A DNA stretch of 64,000 bases from an uncultured virus (IMG/VR IMGVR_UViG_3300025277_002331) (Duplodnaviria; Heunggongvirae; Uroviricota; Caudoviricetes), in IMG/VR virus record IMGVR_UViG_3300025277_002331, positions 1-64,000 of that record. One strand, given 5' to 3'. Shown piece after piece: positions 17,301 through 26,057 of the stretch. The notes beneath the pieces were generated by a model, which worked only from the letters and a program-made list of their open reading frames with translations, did no database searches and had not been told where the DNA came from. How positions within the stretch are numbered: the first letter of the stretch is position 1; each line of letters begins with the position of its first letter. The position numbers and the translations under genes are program-made.

Positions 17301-18101
17301 GAGCTAAGGGTTTACTCCCAAAACGATGGAACCAATAAATCCTATGTGGATTGGAGCGCGGTGGTTAGAGGCTTTGGAGCACAAGGCCCGACTGGAAATT
17401 TCCCCGGACACCACAACGGAACTGGGTTTGAGATGGGGGGAGATAACATGTGGCCAACAGCGCAATATCTCAATCACTGGAACTTTGTCGGAGACGAGGC
17501 TGGCCATGATACGGGTGTTGTAAAGAGCAACAACCCGGACCCAACTATTGAAAGGGGTGGATTTGGAGTCAATCAAAAACCTGTGGGATTGCGAGGTCCG
17601 CTGTATCTTGTGGGGTGGGGCTTTGACCTTTGTGCGGACCCAGTCCCCGGAGTTTCCGGTTCTGGTGAAGGTGCAGAAAGAGAGTTTATAGCAAACCATA
17701 GAAGAAAAAGCGATAGCTGGAAGGCTGGCCCAGTTGACCTTAGATGGAACTCAACAACAGAGACTTGGCAACCTCCTCCGCAGATTCTTGAAGGAACATC
17801 AAAGCAAAATAGCTGTGATGGCTCATTTCTGGCTGAGCTAAATGATTGCAATTCAAGAGAAGTTACAGTACAGAACCCTCTCAAGATTCCGGTTAGAATA
17901 AGTTCTAACATTCTCATATGGTCAGACCAAGAAGAAAACAACTACAAGTTGATTCAATCTCAATACCATCTAGAAGAAGACTATGTAGTATGTGACGTTT
18001 CGTGCTGCTCAGACGGAACTTTGGCAGTTTCGCTGAAAGACTTCTATATCCAGTGGCCAGCAGACCCAGAATGTGTCGAGTGTCCAGAGCCAGAATGTTA
18101 G
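14361..18101 (+). CDS. Putative tail tip / baseplate hub protein
   Basis: 1246 aa, third gene after the TMP; Gly/Asn/Thr-rich; hub-like segments (FKFNGILKSVER, TLLQLISDVCQTASCDFY); Cys-rich C-terminus. Confidence 0.55.
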   Translation: MATTNNQTSDGSQTTFLGATIIDFNSSLAFRSQGSSLQINIVEDKANVRTTNDISYGNYNFTTDGQGRVASVANDPNIPSSYPAGDEFYFPALGNAVFFKFEEFKFNGILKSVERNISPAGGVTHTVSVEDATSVLDGVQVILGDYIGMGEPNYGWSTATYNYSNRGPSTFEGGALNNPTFNFGSSPYLSLGMWNPGGFSQIFYNVINPYGYIEQFFGLGTTRTNWDGTIAGMDQTGMNWLTCLETVVDVINEKIWGPHHQFGGPIKFAGSRFRLDMIDLWDLYVDGILPVNYRFGTNNSTLLQLISDVCQTASCDFYLTIDRIGREQDYDPSSTTNEWLNRIGPAIGNGVADINDTDPTDGAPISGVIRVNVVRRTAPPTSLTVIQNMIEELVGAGDVSRGQRNLDRPDQPQETAGVPFEADDVVTDSAGELKRLVSATHGRELSDDPIGKVLIGGKQSRIATGNSIFQVWATSTNSVGASLSATGVNSINDASQVMAQVPGVGFYLCTVREMRHAMVSKDAWEAFICACRSGIPNAFNPGGMNIAGAYNIGSSFSRITPSILAKLQTGNLTPFLYNALTRIETNISNQVHAAQLNEQTDKIYNAVRTLANDFYGKQLAVPLPLMVKGYGEVGQRVNEWEITSAGWVEPGYINGQYDANLVDDKGRVKGFVTYSTWNDFSEFGDDDFVYPSAGSATLVNLNIDSKVFDAGIYNYALVKVGSTPKRFDMNYNGLWESMDLAYGTSLQSQAFTTSFGSDNGKYTIAPSTAYPFEYGVPQESRYHVYGPWASQSATIGTGYGKIDLEVDSELKPENFASTNILDSIALARVFANTVDGQQAERGSITLTGGPTSGTDPQIDSVDLGTQLINGGPYLTGLSVNVAADQIQTTYQMATWKVAFGKLAMFNQKKIEEVVNNRNKASKIFRQLFKVPPPNKFYTNMKNKLTPPKRFQATTSHPYVGMHAYKFGDFVYPYVGSLGNDELRVYSQNDGTNKSYVDWSAVVRGFGAQGPTGNFPGHHNGTGFEMGGDNMWPTAQYLNHWNFVGDEAGHDTGVVKSNNPDPTIERGGFGVNQKPVGLRGPLYLVGWGFDLCADPVPGVSGSGEGAEREFIANHRRKSDSWKAGPVDLRWNSTTETWQPPPQILEGTSKQNSCDGSFLAELNDCNSREVTVQNPLKIPVRISSNILIWSDQEENNYKLIQSQYHLEEDYVVCDVSCCSDGTLAVSLKDFYIQWPADPECVECPEPEC

Positions 18102-18102
18102 A

Positions 18103-18894
18103 ATGTCAAGAGTTATTTATAAGAAGCCACACAGGAGAGAAAATAACGAGAGCGATGGTCCTTACAACAAAATGCTCAAGCCAGAGGTTTCTAATTGGGC
18201 TATAGGAATTACAGTATCGCCAAGGTCAAAAGAGCAGGAGTATTATACTAGAACAATAGATAGTGTGATAAGGGCGGGATGGAAAAATCCTCACCTTTTT
18301 ATAGAACCGAATACAGAACTGCGAGAAAGACATTTAGAATTACCTAGAATAAACAGAAAAGAAAAATACGGATGCTGGAAAAATTGGTTCGAGGGATTGA
18401 AGGAGCTTGTTGAATTATACCCCGATGCAGATTGTTACGGCATGATACAAGACGATGTCGTTTTCTGTAGAGGGGTTCGTATTTTTTTAGAGAAGGTTTT
18501 ATGGCCTAATGCAGATGTTGGATTGGTTTCAGTTTTTACTCCATCGCACTATACAGAAGATAAGCCGGGTTTTTATAGAAGAAACTATGGAGGAAAATTG
18601 TGGATGGCTCAGACATTCTTTTTTCCACCAGACAGAGCAAAAAATTGTATAAATCATGCAGTTTGTACAGGCCATGATGGAGATAGAAATATAGATAATA
18701 TTATTGGTAGATGGTTGTATAGGATAAAAAAGCCTCCGTATTATTTTTCACCATCCCTGTCTCAACATATTGGGAAGACATCCACTCTCTGGAATAATAA
18801 TCTGAACCAAGCAAAAGGAAGAAAGTCTGCAAAAGATTTTGTTGGAGAAGATTACGATATATCACATGGAATGACTGATGACAGTAACATATAA
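18103..18894 (+). CDS. Glycosyltransferase-like protein (GT-A fold)
   Basis: MIQDDVVF acidic motif and C-terminal PSLSQHIG motif; ATG 1 nt after the previous stop. Confidence 0.6.
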   Translation: MSRVIYKKPHRRENNESDGPYNKMLKPEVSNWAIGITVSPRSKEQEYYTRTIDSVIRAGWKNPHLFIEPNTELRERHLELPRINRKEKYGCWKNWFEGLKELVELYPDADCYGMIQDDVVFCRGVRIFLEKVLWPNADVGLVSVFTPSHYTEDKPGFYRRNYGGKLWMAQTFFFPPDRAKNCINHAVCTGHDGDRNIDNIIGRWLYRIKKPPYYFSPSLSQHIGKTSTLWNNNLNQAKGRKSAKDFVGEDYDISHGMTDDSNI

Positions 18895-19762
18895 AGAAGG
18901 TTGTGAATGCTGTAGCGTTAGTTCTAGCAGTATATCTTCTGTTAGCAGCAGTAGTATTTCCTCTGTTTCGTCTTCTAGTTCCGAAAGTCAATCTTCTTTG
19001 TCTTCCAGCAGTAGTTCTTTATCATCCTCTATTGCGTCACATCTTTGTGACTGCGGGCATTGTGTTTGGTTTAAAACAATTACAGCAACCACTTGGACTC
19101 AGGGAGACGGTGATGAGGATACTGATGGAGACCATTGTACTTACACAAGCCAAAACGATTGTGACTGCGCCACGCCGCCGCCAGACGGTGTTCCCGGCAA
19201 CAACTGTGATGGGTACAAGAGTGATACATACGGAAGTGACACTATTCGTTGTTATAAATGTTGTGATGTAAATTCCGGTGATTGTGGCTGTGCCTGTTGT
19301 ATAGAAGAGGATATAACAGGACGGTTGATGGAGGAGAGCGACCCCAGTGGGTGTAATTTAGGTAATAGTGCAACATTCACTCTTTCATACAAAGATGGAG
19401 TCGAGCCTACGCCAGACGCCTCTGAGGTGGGGGAAAGCGTAGGAGACTGGTGGAGGGGAAACGCAACTTATGCTGGTGGTACTTTTAAAGTAGTTGTATA
19501 TTGTTTAGAAACCTTCGGTGGGTGTGAGAATTTTTGGGCTTATATAGAGGAGGACTATCCCGATTGTGTTCTTAGCTTAACCAATGGGGCTGAAAATAAG
19601 CATATTGTAGCAGGAACCGTAGATGACTGTACGTGTCAGCCCCTTTCGGTTAAACTTGGAGCATTTTCTGGAGTAGGAAGTTCGGATGCGGAATGCCCCT
19701 GTGCAGGATGCGCTATTGGGAGTGCTTGTGCCATTGCCTTTAGATTAGAGTTAACGAATTAA
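18878..19762 (+). CDS. Cys-rich protein with N-terminal poly-Ser tract (possible virion/fibre protein)
   Basis: 294 aa, ~40-residue Ser-rich tract (SVSSSSISSVSSSSISSVSSSSS...) then many CxC/CC motifs. Confidence 0.6.
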   Translation: MTVTYKEGCECCSVSSSSISSVSSSSISSVSSSSSESQSSLSSSSSSLSSSIASHLCDCGHCVWFKTITATTWTQGDGDEDTDGDHCTYTSQNDCDCATPPPDGVPGNNCDGYKSDTYGSDTIRCYKCCDVNSGDCGCACCIEEDITGRLMEESDPSGCNLGNSATFTLSYKDGVEPTPDASEVGESVGDWWRGNATYAGGTFKVVVYCLETFGGCENFWAYIEEDYPDCVLSLTNGAENKHIVAGTVDDCTCQPLSVKLGAFSGVGSSDAECPCAGCAIGSACAIAFRLELTN

Positions 19763-19774
19763 AAAGGAACCGAC

Positions 19775-20200
19775 ATGGCTTGTGAATGCGATGGCCCCGG
19801 CTGGTGTTCAAGGCACTTGGTAGACAAGGAAGAGCACTGGCACAAACTATGCAAAACCAGAGAGGATTATTTTAATCTGTGGGAGATGGGTGCGGGGCCG
19901 GGTCAGTCAGTACTTACCGATGAAGATAAGGAAAATATTAAAAATAGGATACGCATAGAAGCTCCAAACATAATCCGAAAGGCTTGGAATTTTGGCAAGG
20001 CCATTACAAATTTTATATCAAATGACGGAGCAAAGGTTTCTCAAGAAGAGTATGAAAACAGGCTGGAACAATGTGACCAGTGTCTTTTTAGAGACGGGAA
20101 CAAATGCCTTCACAAGTCGTGCGGATGTTTCTTAACTAAGAAGGCTCAATTTAGTTCAGAGTCCTGCCCTCTTGGAAGATGGCCCGAACAAGATGGATAG
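19775..20200 (+). CDS. Cys-rich metal-binding protein (DUF6171-like C-terminus)
   Basis: RLEQCDQC...CLHKSCGCFLTKKA...CPLGRW pattern; aaggaa upstream. Confidence 0.6.
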   Translation: MACECDGPGWCSRHLVDKEEHWHKLCKTREDYFNLWEMGAGPGQSVLTDEDKENIKNRIRIEAPNIIRKAWNFGKAITNFISNDGAKVSQEEYENRLEQCDQCLFRDGNKCLHKSCGCFLTKKAQFSSESCPLGRWPEQDG

Positions 20201-21038
20201 AATAATTCTTTCTGACCCTCATAATGGGCTATGCAACAAGTTGAGAAATCTTATTTGCGCAATGAAAATGGCTTCATCTCTAGATGCTAGATTCGTTCTA
20301 AGGTGGATTCCTTGGGACTGTTGTGGAGCCTACTTCAACCATCTTTTTAAGAATGAGTACGAGCTTGATGACGGGCATGAAAACGGAAGGTCGGTTGTAA
20401 GTCAGATAAATCTAGAGTACATAGACCCTTCCCTGCTAGAAGAATATGACATAGTTAAGGTCGGTGGTCATAAGCCGTTTTCTTTTGAACAAGAGATACA
20501 AACTTGGACTTCTGATTTTTGGGACGGCGTCAGGCCATTCTTTTATAAGTTACAGCCAGTCGACGAGGTATCTCAGCTAGTTGCTGATGTAGAAAGCGAG
20601 ATAGGGGAGAACACGGTTGGTGTCCACGTAAGGAGGGGAGACCATAGCGTTGCCCATAACGTCTCCAAGTACGAACTGTTTGTGGAAGAGATGAAAGCAC
20701 AGAGAGACGCCAACTTTTATGTAGCAACAGAATGCCAACTCACTCTTAATAAGCTCGTTGATATGTTTGGGAATAGGATAATAAAGGTTGATGATTATTG
20801 TGACGGTAAGTTTCGTTCAATAAGAAATTGTCACTATGCAATAAGGGTTGCTTTGGCAGAAATGTTGTTGCTGTCAAAAACAAGTAAAATAATAGGGTCA
20901 GCTAGAAGTTCATTTTCTACCTTTCCAGCAATAATGGCTGGGATTCCATTTAAAAGAATGGGTTCTGGGGAACACTACGCTGACGACCATTACATAGACA
21001 TGTACAAAGAAGACCTCGTAGAAGTACCATGCCATTAG
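20193..21038 (+). CDS. Fucosyltransferase-like GT-B enzyme (NodZ/GT23/O-FucT type)
   Basis: GLCNKL N-terminal motif, GVHVRRGD, FYVATE, SSFS GDP-fucose-binding motifs. Confidence 0.75.
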   Translation: MDRIILSDPHNGLCNKLRNLICAMKMASSLDARFVLRWIPWDCCGAYFNHLFKNEYELDDGHENGRSVVSQINLEYIDPSLLEEYDIVKVGGHKPFSFEQEIQTWTSDFWDGVRPFFYKLQPVDEVSQLVADVESEIGENTVGVHVRRGDHSVAHNVSKYELFVEEMKAQRDANFYVATECQLTLNKLVDMFGNRIIKVDDYCDGKFRSIRNCHYAIRVALAEMLLLSKTSKIIGSARSSFSTFPAIMAGIPFKRMGSGEHYADDHYIDMYKEDLVEVPCH

Positions 21039-21751
21039 TAGCTGGAATAATACCAACGTATGGACAGTTTGATTATGCTAGGATAGCAACAGAAAGCTTC
21101 TTAAGAAGCGAGAGCGACTCTGTGGCTATTGTTATTGATGACGCCAGTCCAGACTGGGATGATAGATGGCTTGAGGGTCTGGACGAAACTAGGATTATTC
21201 AACACATATTTGACGAGAATAAAGGGGTAACTAGGTCTTGGAACTGGGGAATAAAAAGAGCGCACGATATAAAGGCTGAGTTCGTTGTTGTAGGAAACAG
21301 CGACTTATTATTTCCAGAGAATTGGTTTACACCAGTTAGGAAGGCTTTTAGGTATGGGTGGGAGTTTCTTGGCCCATTAACAAACGCGCCCGGAGACAGG
21401 AGAAAGCAAAAGATTAATAGGCATGTGAAAGATTACGAATTGACAGACGACCCCGAATATATAAAGAAGTTGGTAGATAGGCTTCCTAAATATTCGAGTA
21501 AAAATGTTATACGAGAACGTATAAATGGTTACTGTATGGTGGGACGACCAAAAAGCTGGATGGCCTATGGAATGTTTAACGAAAAAAGACACCCTATGAC
21601 ACACCAAGAGTCATCCTTTTTCAGGAATGTTTCTAGGAGTGGTGGCGGAAACAATATTGGAATAGCCATGCATAGCTTTGTCTTTCATTACAGGAGTGTC
21701 AGTAAAGGATTAAAAAGAGGAAGCCTAGACGAAGGGAACTTTAGACCATGA
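21029..21751 (+). CDS. Glycosyltransferase family 2
   Basis: IIPTYG, VIDDASPD, NKGVTRSWNWG, NSD, FVFHY motifs. Confidence 0.8.
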   Translation: MPLVAGIIPTYGQFDYARIATESFLRSESDSVAIVIDDASPDWDDRWLEGLDETRIIQHIFDENKGVTRSWNWGIKRAHDIKAEFVVVGNSDLLFPENWFTPVRKAFRYGWEFLGPLTNAPGDRRKQKINRHVKDYELTDDPEYIKKLVDRLPKYSSKNVIRERINGYCMVGRPKSWMAYGMFNEKRHPMTHQESSFFRNVSRSGGGNNIGIAMHSFVFHYRSVSKGLKRGSLDEGNFRP

Positions 21752-22269
21752 CGCCGGAAGTTCTTGAATGGTATAAAGATATAATACCTAAATACTCTAA
21801 AGAGAAGCCTAGAGTTTTAGACGTAGGTTCCATGGATATTAATGGTAGTCTAAAAGATGTAGTTTCTTATTCTGAATATGTAGGAATAGACATAGAAGAA
21901 GGGAAGAATGTTGACATAGTATTAAACGCCCATGACATATCTAAGAGATTTAACAAGGACTCTTTCGATATAGTGGCATGCTCGTCTATGCTAAATAACG
22001 ACCCAGAGTTTTGGGTTAGTATTGAAAATATGAGAAGGGTTCTCAGGAAATATGGACTACTTCTAATAACAGTACCCGGAATAAATTTTAGAAATTCAGA
22101 AAACTATCCAACTGACTATTATAGATTTACCATTGACGTATTTAAAGATTTGTTTTTCAAAGGAATGGAAGTTGTAGACATTCAAAATATTTATGATAGC
22201 GGAAATTTGTGTACAATTGTAGGAGCGGCTACAGGCAAAATTAAAAAAAAAGATACAAGACCAATCTGA
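21748..22269 (+). CDS. Class I SAM-dependent methyltransferase
   Basis: VLDVGSMDING, YVGIDIEEGKNVD, SFDIV, YPTDYYRF. Confidence 0.85.
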   Translation: MTPEVLEWYKDIIPKYSKEKPRVLDVGSMDINGSLKDVVSYSEYVGIDIEEGKNVDIVLNAHDISKRFNKDSFDIVACSSMLNNDPEFWVSIENMRRVLRKYGLLLITVPGINFRNSENYPTDYYRFTIDVFKDLFFKGMEVVDIQNIYDSGNLCTIVGAATGKIKKKDTRPI

Positions 22270-22298
22270 TATACTACATAGCTCCGTTTAAGGGGGAA

Positions 22299-22994
22299 AT
22301 GTGGAAGTGGAATATACGGGAGCTATCTAGATTTAAGAACTCTTTTAATAACAAGAAGATTGTTTTTATTGCTACTGACAAGGGGTTTGCTGAACCCGAA
22401 GAAGTAAAAGAACAATTTAGCAAGGCGGGATTTAACGACATAGAATTTCACTTAATTCCAAACAATGAGAACCTCGGAGAGTGTGCCCCTCTTTACGAGA
22501 TGATGGATATGGTTTATTCGTTAGACAATAATGAATACACATTCTTTGCTCATGCCAAAGGTGTAACAAGAGAAACGGTTAGGAAAGAGGATTGGTATAA
22601 CGTTGAAGCAAACAAGACTTGGATAAAGAAAATGTTAATGCATAACTTGTTTTCTACAGAGAAAATTCATAGGATTCTTTTGGAGAAACCATGTTTTGGA
22701 ATTATGAAATCAACCTTTGAGGAAAGAAAGCTTGGATGGTATTTTATTAACTCAAAGCACAGGTGGATTTATGCTGGAGGATTTTTTTGGTTTAAACATT
22801 CCAGCCTTTTTTCACAAAAGTATAAGTCTATAATTTTTCAAAAACGGTACACTATAGAAAGCTATCTTTCTAACTTCTTTACTTACGACGAGTCCGGTTC
22901 AGAGTTGTCTGGAATGGGAGACGTTGTTAATTACAGCAATTCTCCATTTAGCGAAACGAATTGGAGAAAATGGGTAGAAAAGGGTTATGTATGA
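22299..22994 (+). CDS. Glycan-pathway protein with FFAHAKG motif (homology extends upstream of the ATG)
   Basis: Paralogous to 24549-25370 (WKWNI, FFAHAKG, WxYxGxFxWFxH). Confidence 0.6.
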   Translation: MWKWNIRELSRFKNSFNNKKIVFIATDKGFAEPEEVKEQFSKAGFNDIEFHLIPNNENLGECAPLYEMMDMVYSLDNNEYTFFAHAKGVTRETVRKEDWYNVEANKTWIKKMLMHNLFSTEKIHRILLEKPCFGIMKSTFEERKLGWYFINSKHRWIYAGGFFWFKHSSLFSQKYKSIIFQKRYTIESYLSNFFTYDESGSELSGMGDVVNYSNSPFSETNWRKWVEKGYV

Positions 22995-23794
22995 GCAAGC
23001 TTCCAATATCTGTTATAGTCCCTTTCAATCATAGAGATTCTTGGTTGTTTGAAAACTATTGCCTTCCCGCAATAGAGCAAAACAATCCAGAAGAAATAAT
23101 AGTAATCAATAACGATAGGACTAGGGGGGCAAAAATAAATGAGGGTTTTGAAAAATCAAGGTGCGAATATATTTTTATAGCTGATAGCAATAGCTGCCCC
23201 TGTGCAAACCTTCTTTCTAGAATGATGGATATACTCACTAAGATAGAGGGAAATCCAAACCATTTAAACTTCTCGTTTGTGTACTCAGATTTTTGGGCAA
23301 TAAAAACAAACTGTCATGCAGAATTTTCAATTAAAGATGGGGCAAAAAAGTTTTTTACACAAGAGTTTGATTGGGAATTCTATACAAATTTTTATGAAGA
23401 CCTTCGAGGGTGGCCTAGGGAAGATGCATACAGGCACTGGATTAAAAATGGAAAGCTTGAGGGGAGAAAGGGGAGCGCTGCAAGCCACGCTTCATTCTTT
23501 GTTAAGAACATATACTTCAGTAGAATGGCACTTGAGGAAAACTCTTATTTAGAATCTCAGGCTCTCATTAAAAGGGATAAGTTTAAGCCGTATGATGAAG
23601 ACCTGAAGTGCCTTGAAGACTGGGACTTCTGGCTTAATGTTACTTCTGATGGAACGTTTGGGATGTATATTACTGATATCTATCCTTTGTGTATTAGATT
23701 TTTTAATAACATCGAACACTCTATTAAAGACGACTCTTACTGGGGGCAGGAAGAATCCCTCATAAGAGAAAGATATGGAATTTCATGTCTGTAG
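22991..23794 (+). CDS. GT2 glycosyltransferase with inserted FDWxFY..HW..G..EGR module
   Basis: ISVIVPF, YIFIADSN, EDWDFWL motifs. Confidence 0.7.
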   Translation: MSKLPISVIVPFNHRDSWLFENYCLPAIEQNNPEEIIVINNDRTRGAKINEGFEKSRCEYIFIADSNSCPCANLLSRMMDILTKIEGNPNHLNFSFVYSDFWAIKTNCHAEFSIKDGAKKFFTQEFDWEFYTNFYEDLRGWPREDAYRHWIKNGKLEGRKGSAASHASFFVKNIYFSRMALEENSYLESQALIKRDKFKPYDEDLKCLEDWDFWLNVTSDGTFGMYITDIYPLCIRFFNNIEHSIKDDSYWGQEESLIRERYGISCL

Positions 23795-24549
23795 AAGTTG
23801 AATATACTGACAGAATGGGGAACAATATGTTTCAGTATTCGACTGGAAGAATATTGGCGGAAGGTCTTGGTTTTGAATTGATATGCAGACCCATACAGGG
23901 GTTTGAGGCAACAAATGAAAGCGTGCATGGAAAAAGATACGAGCACCCAATTGAGGTTGTAGACGGATATAATTCTCGTTTGGATTATAATTATTTACAG
24001 GAATACTTAGAGAATAATTCTAGTAGGAAAATAATTGTAAAGGGGCATCTTCAAAAGTATCAATATTTTAAACACCACAAAAAAGAGTTGAGAAGGTGGT
24101 TTAGACAGCCAGACTATTATCCATTCATATCTAAAGATGACCTAGTTATTCATATACGACTGGGAGATTATTTTGAGCATAACGTTGATAGCTCAACTCA
24201 CTGCTTGAGTAAAGAGTACTATCAAAAGGTCATAGACCTAGCAAATCCTAACAATGTGTTTGTTGTAACAGAAGAGCCATATCATGAATTTATTGTAGAG
24301 TTTTCAAAAAAAACAGGATGTCAGGTAATCTCTCAAAACTCAATAAAAGACTTTGCGTTTATAAGCTCCTTTAATAAGATATGTATATCTAAATCTACTT
24401 TCTCTTGGTGGGCTGCATTTCTATCGGATGCAGAAGAAATATACATACCAAATGCTTCACATGGAATATGGTGCTGGGAAGAGTGTCGTGGAGAAGGAAT
24501 AGACCTATTTGTTGATGATGAACCTAGATATATAAATGTAGAGTGTTAA
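23785..24549 (+). CDS. Alpha-1,2-fucosyltransferase-like (GT11)
   Basis: RMGNNMFQY, IHIRLGD, STFSWWAAFLS are canonical GT11 motifs. Confidence 0.85.
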   Translation: MSVEVEYTDRMGNNMFQYSTGRILAEGLGFELICRPIQGFEATNESVHGKRYEHPIEVVDGYNSRLDYNYLQEYLENNSSRKIIVKGHLQKYQYFKHHKKELRRWFRQPDYYPFISKDDLVIHIRLGDYFEHNVDSSTHCLSKEYYQKVIDLANPNNVFVVTEEPYHEFIVEFSKKTGCQVISQNSIKDFAFISSFNKICISKSTFSWWAAFLSDAEEIYIPNASHGIWCWEECRGEGIDLFVDDEPRYINVEC

Positions 24550-25370
24550 TGATAAGGAACTTGATGTATCACATATTTCCATGTCCAGATGCTCATTGGC
24601 ATTGGAAATGGAATATAGATACTCTTTCGCAATATATAAATAGGTTTAACGGAAGACTAATAGTGGGAATAGCCGTGGAGCCTAAAGGGCACAAATTTAA
24701 TTCTGATTCAGCCGATGAAGTAATTGATAGGTTTCTTAATACAGAACATTTAATGGGAAGGGCTTTACTTAAACATAAAAAGGAACCTGAATTTATTGTT
24801 AGGCAAAACTATGGACACTTAAGAGAATGTACAACATTCTATGATATGTTAAGAATTGTAGAATCTAAAAGAGAAGACGAGATTACATTTTTTGCCCATG
24901 CCAAAGGGATGAGAAAGTCAAGACAAAGATATTTATATGCTATCCGCAGGTGGATATCTTTTATGTTAAAAAGCAATTTAGACAATATAGATTACATAGA
25001 CAAGACTATGAGGGAATACGGATGTGCAGGAGTTTTAAAGGGAGGCGCGGGAAAAGGCTCCCCGATACAGACCTACAATAGAAATATTTTTAATAAACAA
25101 GAATGGTTTTATGATGGTAGTTTTACTTGGTTTAATCATAAAAAACTATTTTCAAATCCAGAACGTTACAATAATAAATTGATGGATTATGCGTATGGGG
25201 TTGAGTGGTATCCATGCCAAATGTTCGACTGGGAAGAGGCATGCGATATAACTACAAGCGAACAGAGAAGCGCCTTGTTTAAAGGAAGTAGGACTTTTAT
25301 GTGGGTATGGAAAGAGTTTCTTAAAGACCATAAGGATGCAATAAGTTGGTTTAATATGGAGGGATTATAA
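24549..25370 (+). CDS. Glycan-pathway protein with FFAHAKG motif (paralog of 22299-22994)
   Basis: RNLMYHIFP..WKWNI, FFAHAKG, WFYDGSFTWFNH. Confidence 0.6.
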   Translation: MIRNLMYHIFPCPDAHWHWKWNIDTLSQYINRFNGRLIVGIAVEPKGHKFNSDSADEVIDRFLNTEHLMGRALLKHKKEPEFIVRQNYGHLRECTTFYDMLRIVESKREDEITFFAHAKGMRKSRQRYLYAIRRWISFMLKSNLDNIDYIDKTMREYGCAGVLKGGAGKGSPIQTYNRNIFNKQEWFYDGSFTWFNHKKLFSNPERYNNKLMDYAYGVEWYPCQMFDWEEACDITTSEQRSALFKGSRTFMWVWKEFLKDHKDAISWFNMEGL

Positions 25371-25372
25371 AC

Positions 25373-26032
25373 ATGAAAAAAATGTATTACTTCACAGATG
25401 ACTTTCCTTTTTTGCAAATCATAAGAAGCATGATTGGTACAAAAGATTTTCAACAATTGCATTTTGTTAAAAACTATAGCAAGTTCAAAAGAGAGGAAGA
25501 CCAGAGCACTATTTTCCACAAGAAATTTTATGAAAATTATAGCAAGATGGAAAAGTTATTTGATAAATTTGTAGAAGAGAATATACAGTGTTTGTACGGA
25601 GAGCCGATTGTATATCAAAGCATACCAACATTTCGTGTGCATTTGCCGGGGAATTTAGCTGTGGGAGAGTGGCATAAAGATAAGGATTACAGGGACGCTT
25701 CATGGGCAGAACAGGTTAAAGAAGATAACTTTTTCGTTCCTTTGACTAGTGCTTACGGAACCAATACCGTGTGGTCTGAAAGTAGGGAGGGTTGGGGAGA
25801 TTTTTCTCCAATCGAAGCGGAATATGGAGAAATGATTCAGTGGGATGCGTCAAATTTGACACATGGGAACAAAGAAAATATGACGGGGCAAACAAGAGTA
25901 AGTTTCGATTTTAGGGTCATTCCAGAGTCTAGGTACGTTGATAGTGACCATTTAACTATCAATACCAAGGTTCCGTTCTCTCTGGGAGGGTACTATAAGA
26001 AGTCGAAAATGGTGTATAATACTATGAGCTAG
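25373..26032 (+). CDS. 2OG-Fe(II) dioxygenase-like protein (StrG-like)
   Basis: YQSIPTFRVHLP, WHKD (HxD), HGN, TRVSFDFR. Confidence 0.7.
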   Translation: MKKMYYFTDDFPFLQIIRSMIGTKDFQQLHFVKNYSKFKREEDQSTIFHKKFYENYSKMEKLFDKFVEENIQCLYGEPIVYQSIPTFRVHLPGNLAVGEWHKDKDYRDASWAEQVKEDNFFVPLTSAYGTNTVWSESREGWGDFSPIEAEYGEMIQWDASNLTHGNKENMTGQTRVSFDFRVIPESRYVDSDHLTINTKVPFSLGGYYKKSKMVYNTMS

Positions 26033-26057
26033 CTCAAAAACTCAAGGAGATTTAACA

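Noticed and set aside
26011..26026. TATAAT (ggtgtataatactatg) upstream of the 26058 gene as a sigma-70 promoter
   Set aside because: No recognisable -35 or extended -10, and no second copy noticed to define a phage promoter motif.
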